A stretch of 32,000 bases of DNA from Candidatus Electronema aureum (GCA_004284765.1 NQJD01000006.1:60001-92000); one strand, 5' to 3'; counted from the first letter of the stretch, positions 15,598 through 25,399 are shown. The notes: a model not told the origin generated them from the letters alone. A program made the numbers and translations.

Positions 15598-17331
15598 TTG
15601 CATCCCCTGCTGGCAGCGGAGACTGGCACAGTCCGCAAAAAATGGAAGGGCCGCCTGCCTGCGGCCCTGCTTTATCCCAACACCTATCCTTTAGCAGTCT
15701 CCAATCTCGGCTTTCAGCTCGTTTATCGCTTGCTGAACCGCTTTGATCATCTTGTCTGCGAACGCTTTGTCTATCCGCAGGGAGAGGAGCCGTTCCGCTC
15801 GCTGGAATCCGACCGTCTTCTCTCCGATTTTCCCCTGATTTTTGGCTCAATCAGCTTTGAGCAGGATTACCCTCGCTTGGCTGCCATGCTCGCTGCTGGA
15901 GGAATTGCGCCTTATGCTGCCGACCGCAGCAACTTGGTTACTACCGGAAACCCACTCGTCATTTTGGGTGGAGTTGGAGTATTCATGAATCCAGAACCGC
16001 TGGCTCGCTTTGCCGATTTAATGGTGATCGGTGAGGCTGAAGTGGTTTTGCCGCAGCTGCTGACTGAACTCGCTACGACCAGCAACCGACAGGAATTGCT
16101 GCACCGTATTGGCGCAACGATTCCCGGTTGTTATGTGCCAAGTGGCTACAGTTTTCGTTATGATAACGACGACGGGCGGGTGTTGGATATCGCTGTTGAT
16201 TCTGGCTTACCCCAGCGGGTGCGCCGAGCCGTGCTGCAAACCACTGACCGGGCCGCGCATTCTGAGCTGCTCTCACCAGAAGCTGAACTGGGCATGTATA
16301 TGACCGAGCTGGGCCGTGGCTGTAGCCGTGGTTGCCGCTTCTGCGCCGCTGGATTCATCTATCGTCCGCCCCGGCTTTGGGATGCGGATGCGGTTTTAGC
16401 TGGTTTAGCCGAGCGGCCTGATGGCGTTGACCGTGCTGGTTTGCTCGGCATGGAAATGGCTGACTCGGCGACGCTGGATCAGATCGCCGCCTTCTTGACC
16501 GAAACCGGTTGTGCCCTCTCCTTTTCTTCGCTGCGTGCTGACCGAATTTCCCCGCGCCTGCTGGAGCTGCTCTCTCGCTCTCAGTTGAAATCAGCGGCTA
16601 TTGCGCCAGACGGCTGTTCGCAACGGCTGCGCCAAGTGATCAACAAAGGGCTGGCCGAAGAAGATTTGCTTGCGGCGGCGGCGGCCTTGGCTGAGGCGGG
16701 CATTTTCACTCTCAAGTTATATGTAATGATTGGCCTGCCCACAGAAACCCAGCAAGACCTTGACGAGCTGATCGACTTAGTGCGCAAAGTCCGGGATTGC
16801 ATCTTGCCCATCGGCAGAAAGAAAGGACGGGTCTGCGAGATCGTCCTCTCGGTCAATAGCTTTGTGCCGAAGCCGTGGACACCTTTCCAATATCTCTCCT
16901 TTGGCGGCTTGAACGATGATGAGGTGTTACGCGACCAAAGCGAAAAAAACGCCCTACTGCGGCTGAATAACACCATCAGGCAGCTCAAAACCGCGCTCGC
17001 AGGGATAGATAATCTCCAGTTCAAAGCTGATCGGCCTGAAACTGTGCTACCACAAGCGGTCTTTGCCCGTGCTGATCGCCGCATCGCTCCGGTGCTTTTG
17101 GATATCGGTACGGGTAAATCTTCTTTCAAACAGGCGATGAAGGCGCATGGCCTGACCGCTTGGCAATACGCTATCCGGCCCAAAACGGCAGACGAGCTGT
17201 TTTGCTGGGAAGTGCTTGATCAAGGGATCAAGAAGGACTATCTGCACCGCGAGCTGGAAAAGGCTCTGCGGGCTGAAGCAACTCCACCCTGCGATACATC
17301 ACGCTGCCGCCGTTGCGGGGTGTGTCAATAG
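15598..17331 (+). CDS. B12-binding-domain radical SAM protein
   Basis: 577 aa with a TTG start. CxxxCxxC cluster motif in GRGCSRGCRFCAAG. The N-terminal part resembles a cobalamin-binding-like domain. The C-terminus has an extra Cys cluster, CDTSRCRRCGVC. Confidence 0.8.
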   Translation: MHPLLAAETGTVRKKWKGRLPAALLYPNTYPLAVSNLGFQLVYRLLNRFDHLVCERFVYPQGEEPFRSLESDRLLSDFPLIFGSISFEQDYPRLAAMLAAGGIAPYAADRSNLVTTGNPLVILGGVGVFMNPEPLARFADLMVIGEAEVVLPQLLTELATTSNRQELLHRIGATIPGCYVPSGYSFRYDNDDGRVLDIAVDSGLPQRVRRAVLQTTDRAAHSELLSPEAELGMYMTELGRGCSRGCRFCAAGFIYRPPRLWDADAVLAGLAERPDGVDRAGLLGMEMADSATLDQIAAFLTETGCALSFSSLRADRISPRLLELLSRSQLKSAAIAPDGCSQRLRQVINKGLAEEDLLAAAAALAEAGIFTLKLYVMIGLPTETQQDLDELIDLVRKVRDCILPIGRKKGRVCEIVLSVNSFVPKPWTPFQYLSFGGLNDDEVLRDQSEKNALLRLNNTIRQLKTALAGIDNLQFKADRPETVLPQAVFARADRRIAPVLLDIGTGKSSFKQAMKAHGLTAWQYAIRPKTADELFCWEVLDQGIKKDYLHRELEKALRAEATPPCDTSRCRRCGVCQ

Positions 17332-17375
17332 ACCTAAATCACTGACTATCAACGAATATCTTTGCAGTTAAAAGT

Positions 17376-18023
17376 TTAGCTCTTTCCTAATCTATTCAGC
17401 GGACAGTCCTCACATTTTGGTTTTGACTTGCCGCAAAATTTCTTGCCCACTCGGACCAGTAGCGCGTGATATTCGTTGAATAAGGCTACATCTTCTTTCA
17501 GATTATCCATAAACAAATCCTGAATCTGGAAATAGTCCGAGTCTTCAGAAATCAGCTCGTGGCGCATCAAAATGCGGTTAGTATAGGTATCGACAACAAA
17601 GATAGGCTTGCTTGCCGCATACAGGACGATGGAATCAGCGGTCTCTGGTCCGATACCTTTCACTGCCAGCAGCAGCTCTCGCAGCGCGGTAGTCGGCTGA
17701 TTCAGTAAATCTTCCACGCCGCCTTGTTCCTTAATCAAGGCAAGCAAGTTCTTTAGCCGAGCTGCCTTGAGATTGTGATACCCAGCTGGACGGATATATT
17801 CAGCTAAAGTCTCCAGCGGTAGGGCGGATAGGGCTGCTGGAGAAAGCAGCTCTGCCGCCTTTAGGTTAGCAATTGCTTTCTCGACGTTGCACCAGTTGGT
17901 GTTTTGGGTAAGGACAGCACCTATCATCACCTCAAAGGGACTGTCGCCGGGCCACCAGTGCTGCGGGCCAAAATGCGCCAGCAACCGGTTGTAGATTTCT
18001 TGCAGAGCTGCTGAAGCACGCAC
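17376..18023 (-). CDS. endonuclease III-related HhH-GPD DNA glycosylase family protein
   Basis: 215 aa. VLTQNTNW, a helix-hairpin-helix VKGIGPETADSIVLYA, and a C-terminal Cys cluster CGKSKPKCEDC. Confidence 0.75.
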   Translation of the reverse strand: MRASAALQEIYNRLLAHFGPQHWWPGDSPFEVMIGAVLTQNTNWCNVEKAIANLKAAELLSPAALSALPLETLAEYIRPAGYHNLKAARLKNLLALIKEQGGVEDLLNQPTTALRELLLAVKGIGPETADSIVLYAASKPIFVVDTYTNRILMRHELISEDSDYFQIQDLFMDNLKEDVALFNEYHALLVRVGKKFCGKSKPKCEDCPLNRLGKS

Positions 18024-18026
18024 GGC

Positions 18027-19118
18027 CTACTCTCCGTCGCCGAGGCAGATGCCGATGGAGCGAGCGGTCAACACCTTGTCGCTGGCCGGATCAACCTGCT
18101 TGCGGCGGCGGATGGCCTCCTCAAGCGGCACAGCAGACATAGTCGGCGGTGTCCAAGCCACCATGTGATCGAACTGGCCAGCCTCAGCCATCCGTACAGC
18201 TGCTCCGCCGAAACGAAGGGCCAGTAGGCGGTCAAAAGTAGTAGGCGAGCCGCCTCGTTGCAAATGGCCTAACACTAAAGAGCGGGTATCTTTGCCGATG
18301 CGCTGCCGAATTTCCTCAGCCACCCATTCGCCAATACCGCCGAGCAACATCTCGGCCCTCCCAGCCTCACCTTTACCTCGGTTCATCACCTGACCGCCTT
18401 GCGCCTTGGCTCCTTCCGCCACCACCACGATAGAATAATGCTTGCCGTGCAGCTCGTTCTCAGTGATCTTCCGGCAGACTGCCTCCATATCAAAGGGAAT
18501 TTCTGGCAACAAAATTACGTCTGCACCGCCGGAAATGCCGGAATACAGCGCAATCCAGCCGGATTCACGGCCCATGACCTCTACAACCATCACTCGGTCG
18601 TGCGACTTAGCGGTAGAATGCAGTTTGTCGAGGGCTTCGGTAGCGGTCGATACAGCGGTGTCAAAGCCAAAAGTGCGGTCAGTGGCCTCTAAATCGTTAT
18701 CAATGGTCTTGGGTACGCCGATCACGGGCATTCCCATCAAGGCAAAACGATGGGCGATGTCGAGGCTGCCGTCGCCGCCGATAGCAATGTGGCAATCAAA
18801 ACCCATCCGCCGAAAGCTGGCCATAACTCGCTCGGAAACATCAACAATCTGCACCTCACCCGCCAAATTTGGCACTGGCATGGCAAAGGGATTACCCTTG
18901 TTGGTGGTGCCGAGAATAGTGCCGCCGATGGGGGTGATACCCTCCACATCGTCCGAGGTTAGGCGTACCAGTTCGTCTGGGTCAAGAAAACCCTTGTAAC
19001 CGTGTTTGCTACCATAAACCTCCCAGCCAAGCCGAGAGGCTGATTTCACGACTGCAAAAATAACCGCATTCAGGCCGGGCGCATCGCCGCCGCCGGTGGA
19101 AATTACTATCTTGCGCAT
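18027..19118 (-). CDS. pfkA: 6-phosphofructokinase
   Basis: GGGDAPGLNAVI, IGGDGS, PKTIDND and MGRESGWIAL motifs. I place the start at ATG 19118 (MRKIVISTGGGD) rather than the ORF-track start at 19196. Confidence 0.85.
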   Translation of the reverse strand: MRKIVISTGGGDAPGLNAVIFAVVKSASRLGWEVYGSKHGYKGFLDPDELVRLTSDDVEGITPIGGTILGTTNKGNPFAMPVPNLAGEVQIVDVSERVMASFRRMGFDCHIAIGGDGSLDIAHRFALMGMPVIGVPKTIDNDLEATDRTFGFDTAVSTATEALDKLHSTAKSHDRVMVVEVMGRESGWIALYSGISGGADVILLPEIPFDMEAVCRKITENELHGKHYSIVVVAEGAKAQGGQVMNRGKGEAGRAEMLLGGIGEWVAEEIRQRIGKDTRSLVLGHLQRGGSPTTFDRLLALRFGGAAVRMAEAGQFDHMVAWTPPTMSAVPLEEAIRRRKQVDPASDKVLTARSIGICLGDGE

Positions 19119-19346
19119 GGTTGATCCTGTCTGTTGTTGTTGAAAAAGGTGCTGCCGTCTATCTGAAATAGTACGGGCAGTGCGGCAGCTTTGCAACGTT
19201 TTTCAAAACCTTCAAAAGGCTCATCTCCTAAACTTTCAAAAAAGTAATCGCACGTGAGAATAAATCTCATTAAAAAATCCATCACCCATTGACTTATCAG
19301 CGCGGAAGCCGTACCATAAAAATAAGCCACAAATCCTCCTTTGATC

Positions 19347-19385
19347 ATCCCCCTGCCTCTTCACTGGACAGGGGGATATCTTTTT
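19347..19385 (+). terminator. hairpin plus T-run (intrinsic-terminator-like) in the pfk/rpe divergent spacer
   Basis: ATCCCCCTG (19347-19355) pairs with CAGGGGGAT (19369-19377) across a 13-nt loop, followed by ATCTTTTTA. No annotated plus-strand gene lies upstream, so its role is unclear. Confidence 0.3.
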
Positions 19386-19523
19386 ATGCAAAACGGACAG
19401 CTTGAACACTGTCATGAAACCTTGCCATCAGCAAGAGGTTCATGGTACCTTGCAGGTTGATTGCGTAGTCTATTTATCAACGTCCTTTTTCAAAGCATAC
19501 ACTGCCATTCTCCTGCTGAAAAA

Positions 19524-20192
19524 ATGATGAAAAAATTGATGATTGCTCCCTCTATCCTCTCTGCCGATTTTTCTCGGCTCGGTGAAGAAATTCGGGCGGT
19601 TGAGGCCGCTGGTGCTGAAGTGATTCATATCGACGTGATGGACGGCCATTTTGTGCCGAATATCACCATCGGCCCATTGGTAGTCAAAGCGGTGCGAAAA
19701 ATCACCACGTTGCCACTTGATGTTCATTTGATGATTACGGAACCTGATAGGTACATTAAAGATTTCGCCGAAGCTGGAGCGGACTGGATCACCGTCCATG
19801 CCGAGGTGTGCGTTCATCTCCACCGCAGCCTGAATTACATCCGCAGTCTCGGCAAAAAGGCAGGCGCAGTGCTAAATCCGGCCACACCGCTTTCGGCTTT
19901 GGACTACGTGCTGGAAGAGCTTGATCTGGTTATGCTAATGAGCGTCAATCCCGGTTTCGGTGGCCAATCCTTCATTGAATCGACGCTGGGCAAATGCCGG
20001 AAATTGCGGGCCATGCTCGATGAGGTCAACCCAGCAGCGGGCATCGAGATCGACGGCGGCATCAGCCCTAAGACGATCAAAACAATGGCTGAGGCCGGGG
20101 CTAATATTTTTGTTGCTGGTTCAGCCATCTACGGGCAACCGGATTATGCAGCAGTCATCCGTGAGATGAAGGCATTAGCCAATTTTAAATAA
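19524..20192 (+). CDS. rpe: ribulose-phosphate 3-epimerase
   Basis: IAPSILSADFSRLGEE, HIDVMDGHFVPN and SVNPGFGGQSF motifs. Start set at ATG 19524 or 19527 rather than the upstream TTG at 19461. Confidence 0.9.
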   Translation: MMKKLMIAPSILSADFSRLGEEIRAVEAAGAEVIHIDVMDGHFVPNITIGPLVVKAVRKITTLPLDVHLMITEPDRYIKDFAEAGADWITVHAEVCVHLHRSLNYIRSLGKKAGAVLNPATPLSALDYVLEELDLVMLMSVNPGFGGQSFIESTLGKCRKLRAMLDEVNPAAGIEIDGGISPKTIKTMAEAGANIFVAGSAIYGQPDYAAVIREMKALANFK

Positions 20193-20193
20193 A

Positions 20194-20469
20194 ATGACCC
20201 TGCTGGAGCGGTATCAGCACTGGGGCGAGATCGTGATGCGGATTTTCCGCTTTGATCTCCAAGCGCATTTTTTCTGGGGCTTTGCGCTCACCCTGCTGGG
20301 CGTGTACTGGCCACCGCTTTATCTCTCTGGCATTGTGGTGAATGTGGCCAAAGAAGCACTTGATCTCTGGAGCAAAAAACTTTGGAGCTGGGACGACGTG
20401 CTGTTGGGTATCGCTGGTTCGCTGGCTGCATTTGGTTATCTGTATTCACAAAATCTGCTGATCTATTAG
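20194..20469 (+). CDS. small hypothetical membrane protein
   Basis: 91-aa ORF starting 1 nt after the rpe stop. It has two or three hydrophobic segments (FFWGFALTLLGVYW, LLGIAGSLAAFGYLY). No family recognised. Confidence 0.45.
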   Translation: MTLLERYQHWGEIVMRIFRFDLQAHFFWGFALTLLGVYWPPLYLSGIVVNVAKEALDLWSKKLWSWDDVLLGIAGSLAAFGYLYSQNLLIY

Positions 20470-20496
20470 ATATCCTGCGTAATCACGACTCAAAGT

Positions 20497-21132
20497 ATGT
20501 CTCACGTGTTCCGCGTCTTTGCCTCCTCATTAGGCAAAAAATATATCATGGCTCTAACCGGGCTGCTGCTCGGTGGTTTCCTACTGGTTCATGCGGCAGG
20601 AAACAGTCTGATTTTCCAAGGCCGCGAGGCATTCACTGCTTACGCTGAACACCTGCATTCATTTCGCCTGATTCTACCAACAGCGGGTTTGCTGCTGCTG
20701 GCTATTTTTTTACTACATATCGTCACTGGTATCAGCCTGTTTTTGAGCAACCGAAAGGCTCAAGGTCACAGATACGCAGTCAGCAAGTCTGCTACCGAGA
20801 CGCAGGCGTGGATTGCACGCACCATGCCTGCCACCGGGACTACCGTGCTGGCATTTCTTCTTCTGCATCTTGGCACAGTGCATTTTGCTGACCAAGCTGT
20901 GCCGCTGGCAGACAGAATCAGTCAAACACTTACTGATCCCTTGCTGGCTGTACTTTATGCCGTCGGGATAGCAGCTTTAGCCTTGCATATCAGCCACGGA
21001 TTTTGGTCACTGACGCAGACATTTGGAATTAATCACCCCAGATATAATGGGTTAATCAAAATCTGCACGTATTTAGTAGTTATCTTGGTGAGTAGTCTTT
21101 TCATTGGTATCATGTTTTCTTTTAGAAGATAA
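20497..21132 (+). CDS. sdhC: succinate dehydrogenase/fumarate reductase cytochrome b subunit, b558 family
   Basis: 211 aa with five predicted TM helices. His residues sit in helices as in the Bacillus/Wolinella-type di-haem subunit (LLVHAAGN, LLHIVTG, LLLHLGTVH, ALHISHGFWS). Confidence 0.65.
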   Translation: MSHVFRVFASSLGKKYIMALTGLLLGGFLLVHAAGNSLIFQGREAFTAYAEHLHSFRLILPTAGLLLLAIFLLHIVTGISLFLSNRKAQGHRYAVSKSATETQAWIARTMPATGTTVLAFLLLHLGTVHFADQAVPLADRISQTLTDPLLAVLYAVGIAALALHISHGFWSLTQTFGINHPRYNGLIKICTYLVVILVSSLFIGIMFSFRR

Positions 21133-21135
21133 TCT

Positions 21136-22416
21136 GTGCTTGCACGCAACCTCACCGACTTTGACCAGCAGCACATCTGGCATCCCTATACCTCGATGAT
21201 CGAGCCGCTGCCCGTTTATCCGGTACAATCGGCTAACGGGGTGCGTATCCGGCTTTGTGATGGTCGCGAGCTGATCGACGGCATGTCCTCTTGGTGGGCG
21301 GCTATTCACGGTTATAATCACCCAGTGTTGAACGCAGCTCTCTGCGCCCAAGCGGAGAAAATGGCCCATGTGATGTTTGGTGGTTTGACTCACGAACCAG
21401 CAATAGAACTGTGCCGTCTGCTGGTCGAATTGACTCCTGTTGGTTTAGATAAAGTCTTTCTCTGTGATTCAGGCTCAGTGGCCGTTGAAGTTGCTCTAAA
21501 AATGGCGGTGCAATATCAGCAGGCAAAAAAGTTACCGAAAAAGTGCCGTTTTCTCACTGTACGCGGTGGTTATCACGGCGACACCTTGCACGCCATGTCC
21601 GTCTGCGACCCAATCACCGGGATGCACAGTCTGTTTGCTCATGTCTTGCCCCAGCAATTTTTCGCCCCGCGTCCGCACTGTCGCTTCGCTGCCGACTGGC
21701 AGATAGAGGACATCGCAGAAATAGCCGCGCTACTGACTCAACATCACGAGAAAATTGCAGCGGTGATCATTGAGCCAATCGTTCAAGGTGCTGGTGGAAT
21801 GTGGTTTTATCATTCCCAGTATCTGCGCGAGCTGCGCCAGCTCTGTGATCACTTCGATGTCCTGTTGATCTTTGATGAAATCGCCACTGGCTTTGGTCGC
21901 ACGGGCAAATTATTTGCTGCGGAACACGCCGGAATTAGCCCGGATATTCTCTGTCTCGGCAAGGCTCTGACGGGTGGCTACATGACTCTTGCTGCCACCC
22001 TTTGCACCGACCACGTGGCTCGTACTCTCTCTCAAGGTGAGCCGGGCCTGTTTATGCACGGCCCCACTTTTATGGGCAATCCGCTGGCCTGCGCGGTGGC
22101 GGTGGCTTCGATCAAGCTGCTGCTGCAAAGCAATTGGCAGGAGAAAATTGCGGCCATTGAGCGACAGCTACGGCAGGAGTTAGAAGCCGCCCGATGGTGC
22201 AAGCAGGTCGCGGAGGTGCGGGTACTGGGGGCTATCGGCGTGATCGAGATGCAGCAGTCGGTGAATATGGCCGCGTTACAAAAGTTTTTTGTCGAGCAAG
22301 GCGTGTGGATTCGACCCTTTGGTCGACTGATTTACCTCATGCCGCCGTACATCATCAGCGCGGCGGATTTGACTGAGCTGACCCGCGCCGCTGTTATCGC
22401 CGCTGGTTCTTCTTGA
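21136..22416 (+). CDS. bioA: adenosylmethionine-8-amino-7-oxononanoate aminotransferase
   Basis: 426 aa with a GTG start. [22 protein letters not shown], and [15 protein letters not shown] with a downstream PLP lysine context ([10 protein letters not shown]). Confidence 0.9.
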   Translation: MLARNLTDFDQQHIWHPYTSMIEPLPVYPVQSANGVRIRLCDGRELIDGMSSWWAAIHGYNHPVLNAALCAQAEKMAHVMFGGLTHEPAIELCRLLVELTPVGLDKVFLCDSGSVAVEVALKMAVQYQQAKKLPKKCRFLTVRGGYHGDTLHAMSVCDPITGMHSLFAHVLPQQFFAPRPHCRFAADWQIEDIAEIAALLTQHHEKIAAVIIEPIVQGAGGMWFYHSQYLRELRQLCDHFDVLLIFDEIATGFGRTGKLFAAEHAGISPDILCLGKALTGGYMTLAATLCTDHVARTLSQGEPGLFMHGPTFMGNPLACAVAVASIKLLLQSNWQEKIAAIERQLRQELEAARWCKQVAEVRVLGAIGVIEMQQSVNMAALQKFFVEQGVWIRPFGRLIYLMPPYIISAADLTELTRAAVIAAGSS

Positions 22417-22419
22417 AGA

Positions 22420-22869
22420 GTGGAAGCGGATATTGTAAAATTCACGCACGTTTTTTTATCTCTTCAGCAGACGGCAGGCATCGTGAATACAGGCATTCGT
22501 CGATTTACCCGGGTGAATTTCAACCAAAGTGTGCAGCTGGATTTCGGGAAACGGAACTATGAGCAGCAGATTGTCTGTAATCTCAGCCTTGGCGGTCTCT
22601 GCGTCAAGGGGCAGTTTGAGCAAAAAGTTGGCGATGTTTGCAAAATAGCTATGCGAGAGGCTGGTGTTTCTGGTCCGCCGGTGAATTTTCAGGCTAAAGG
22701 CGTGGCGGTTTGGGTTAACGGCGAGAGCATGGCTATAGAATTCACCGAAATGGAATACGACAGCTTTCTTTTCCTCCAGACCGCGTTGCTTTATCAGGCT
22801 GATGATCCGTTGTTGCTGGGTACCGAATTTTGCCGAGATGTCGCCTTTAATGTGCTGGAGGAAGAATAA
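22420..22869 (+). CDS. PilZ domain protein (putative c-di-GMP receptor)
   Basis: 149 aa. RxxxR (RRFTR) followed by NxSxxG (NLSLGG), the two PilZ signature motifs. The GTG start is uncertain. Confidence 0.7.
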   Translation: MEADIVKFTHVFLSLQQTAGIVNTGIRRFTRVNFNQSVQLDFGKRNYEQQIVCNLSLGGLCVKGQFEQKVGDVCKIAMREAGVSGPPVNFQAKGVAVWVNGESMAIEFTEMEYDSFLFLQTALLYQADDPLLLGTEFCRDVAFNVLEEE

Positions 22870-22872
22870 GGG

Positions 22873-23961
22873 CTATGGCTTGGTGATGATCGCCATTGCG
22901 TCACCGTAGCTGAAAAAACGATAGCCCTGCGCCACGGCCTCAGCATAAGCGGCAAGAATTCGTGTGCGTCCCACCAATGCTGAAACGAGAAAAAGCAGCG
23001 AGGACTGGGGCAGATGAAAGTTGGTGATCAAATTATCAACGGCTTTAAAGCGGCAGCCCGGATAGAGATACAACCCGCAAAGGCCCTCGGTCGGTGTAAT
23101 TCGTCCTGTCTCATCTGCCGCAAACTCCAAGGTTCGGGTGGTGGTGGTACCCACAGCCCAGATTCTGCCGCCCATTGCCCGCGTAGCATTGACGGCCTCA
23201 GCAGTTTCAACAGGAACACGGACGAATTCTTTGTGAATCTGATGTTCGCGAATGTCGCTGCTGCGTACAGGGGCAAAGGTGCCGTAGCCCACATGCAGAG
23301 TGACAGGGGTCTGTTGAATCCCCTTTTCCTTCAGCTCGTCCAGCAAATTGTGGCTGAAATGCAGCCCAGCCGTGGGCGCAGCCACTGAGCCGATATGGCG
23401 AGCGTATTCAGTCTGATAACGCAACGAATCAGCGGTGCTGTTGCCCTCTGGTCTTCTGATATAGGGCGGCAGAGGCAGCTGGCCGTGCTGCTCCAGCAGT
23501 TGTTCCAAGTTAGCTGATTCTGGATATAACAGAGTGATACGTACCTTGCCATCCGGCAGAATTTCTTCAACTCGCGCTTGTAGCTCCTCAGCAAAGTGAA
23601 TCAGACTACCTCGCTGCGGACGCTTTGAACTTCTGACCAAGGCCAAGGCCGCTGCCTCACCTGCTTTGCTGCTGGTTTCTGGAAAATGCAACAGCAACAG
23701 CTCGGCCTTACCGCCGGTGTCCTTTACGCCAAACAGTCTGGCCGGAAAAACTTTAGTGTTGTTGACTACCAGCAGGTCTCCGGGGCGCAGCAGCTCGCCA
23801 AGTGCTGCAAAGCGGCTGTGTCTGATCTGGCCTTCCGTACAATCCAGCACCAAAAGCCGCGATTGTTCACGTCGATCAGCAGGTTGCTGGGCGATGAGGT
23901 GTTCTGGGAGAAAATAATCGTACGAGGAGAGACGGAAGTCCTCCGGGATGTTGTCCGGCAT
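22873..23961 (-). CDS. queA: tRNA preQ1(34) S-adenosylmethionine ribosyltransferase-isomerase
   Basis: YDYFLPEHLIAQQPADRREQSRLLVL N-terminus, GELLRPGDLLVVNNTKV, VGTTTTRTLE. I place the start at ATG 23961; the ORF-track extension to 24171 overlaps the upstream gene. Confidence 0.92.
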   Translation of the reverse strand: MPDNIPEDFRLSSYDYFLPEHLIAQQPADRREQSRLLVLDCTEGQIRHSRFAALGELLRPGDLLVVNNTKVFPARLFGVKDTGGKAELLLLHFPETSSKAGEAAALALVRSSKRPQRGSLIHFAEELQARVEEILPDGKVRITLLYPESANLEQLLEQHGQLPLPPYIRRPEGNSTADSLRYQTEYARHIGSVAAPTAGLHFSHNLLDELKEKGIQQTPVTLHVGYGTFAPVRSSDIREHQIHKEFVRVPVETAEAVNATRAMGGRIWAVGTTTTRTLEFAADETGRITPTEGLCGLYLYPGCRFKAVDNLITNFHLPQSSLLFLVSALVGRTRILAAYAEAVAQGYRFFSYGDAMAIITKP

Positions 23962-24031
23962 GATACTGGCAAATATTTGGAAAAAGAAAAGGCAGCTGCC
24001 GGAGCTTATCCGGCAGCTGAGAAGATGCTGC

Positions 24032-25399
24032 TTAGAGATCAGGCACAGATTCAGGTAAAACGTAGTCGCCGTCGCTTGGATCAGACGGATAAGCGGGTCT
24101 GTATTCCGGGAGATACGGCTTGTCGTAGGTAATTTCGCCGTTCTCGCTACAGAAGGGAGCGCAATCCTCACTTCTGCTGCTCTGTACGCTGACCTTACTG
24201 TCTGATTTGCCGTCCGCGTCGGTTACCACCGAGATATTGATGTTGGTTTCCGTGCGGCTCCTCTTGCCTTCTATTCTGCTACTCTGCTCATCAACTTCGA
24301 TTGCCCGCTCTGCTGGAACGCTGATTGCGCCTTTGCGATCAACAGTGACGCAGGAAATAGTTTTGCTCCCAATGGCAGCAAAGGTGAACACGGTGTCCAC
24401 TTCACGCGGCTGACTGAGCCAACCGGAGCTAACAGGCCGGAACGAAGTTCTATCGGAATCCTCAGCCTTGCATTCCACCTTGATCTGATCACCATCAGGA
24501 TCAGAGCCGGGCAGCACGTGGACGTATGCAGGAACATTTACTTTGACCGCTCCTGGACCAAAGCTAATTCTGGGCGAATTCGGTTCCCTGTTATTCTGCT
24601 CCACTCGTATGCTGCGGTTGACCCACGCGCTTGAGCAGCAGCTATTCCGCGTGATACAGGAAATAGTTTTATCACCGGGCGCATAAAAGCGGAAAGGCAC
24701 CGTAACGGTTGCACCTTCCCGAATCCAGCCAGAAGTATAAGGATTGCTCCGGGGGCGATCAGAATCCTCTGCAATACATTGCACCTGCACTAATCCGCCG
24801 TCATAGCGGGAAGAACCAGCGGTCACATGAATGCGGACTTGATTATTGAGCCGAACTGGTTGCGGGCGGTTGGCAATACGAGGTTGTCCCAAATCTTCTC
24901 CGCCTCTGATAGAGGTATTTTCATCATCAAAAGATGAAAGCTCTGAATTTTCTTCGTAGCCGTCGATCTTCAGCGGGCCAACCCAAGCATGACCGTAGCT
25001 GTTGAAGAGATACGCGTAATAGCTCTGCGCCGGACTACGGCTGTCTAACCGCACGGTTAGATTCACCGAACTGTTGCCTAATGGCACAATGTCAGAGGCA
25101 ACTGACGTGCCGTTGTAACTCCCAGTTCGGATAGAGATGTTGCTTTCTGTATTGAAAAATAAGCCGTCCTTCTTGCGGATGGTGAAACGGACAGATGGCC
25201 CTCTGGCCTTAGCGGACATTTCGAGAATTGCTCCCCACGTACCACCGCCTTCTTGAATCCGACGCATTTCAGGGCCGTATCCGGCTGAGGCACTGCCTAC
25301 CGCGATGAATAAAGAAAGAAAAAACACTATACACATGAACAGGCTGCGCTCAAATTGCGCCCTGCTTCTGTCTGCTCTGATGATGCGAGAAAAGATCAT
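24032..25399 (-). CDS. secreted protein of unknown function with two tandem Ig/PKD-like repeats
   Basis: 455 aa. GGAGG lies 6 nt upstream of ATG 25399. Signal-peptide-like FMCIVFFLSLFIAVGSASAG. Two ~85-aa repeats (24599-24844 and 24290-24544) share the pattern V.C.AEDSDR...SGW...V.F.F.A.G.KTISC.T. The tail is acidic and Pro-rich. Confidence 0.7.
   Translation of the reverse strand: MIFSRIIRADRSRAQFERSLFMCIVFFLSLFIAVGSASAGYGPEMRRIQEGGGTWGAILEMSAKARGPSVRFTIRKKDGLFFNTESNISIRTGSYNGTSVASDIVPLGNSSVNLTVRLDSRSPAQSYYAYLFNSYGHAWVGPLKIDGYEENSELSSFDDENTSIRGGEDLGQPRIANRPQPVRLNNQVRIHVTAGSSRYDGGLVQVQCIAEDSDRPRSNPYTSGWIREGATVTVPFRFYAPGDKTISCITRNSCCSSAWVNRSIRVEQNNREPNSPRISFGPGAVKVNVPAYVHVLPGSDPDGDQIKVECKAEDSDRTSFRPVSSGWLSQPREVDTVFTFAAIGSKTISCVTVDRKGAISVPAERAIEVDEQSSRIEGKRSRTETNINISVVTDADGKSDSKVSVQSSRSEDCAPFCSENGEITYDKPYLPEYRPAYPSDPSDGDYVLPESVPDL

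Noticed and set aside
23962-24171. 70-codon N-terminal extension of the queA ORF (ORF-track start 24171).
   Set aside because: The extension overlaps the 3-prime end of the upstream secreted-protein gene and has no QueA-like sequence. The canonical QueA N-terminus begins at the internal ATG 23961.
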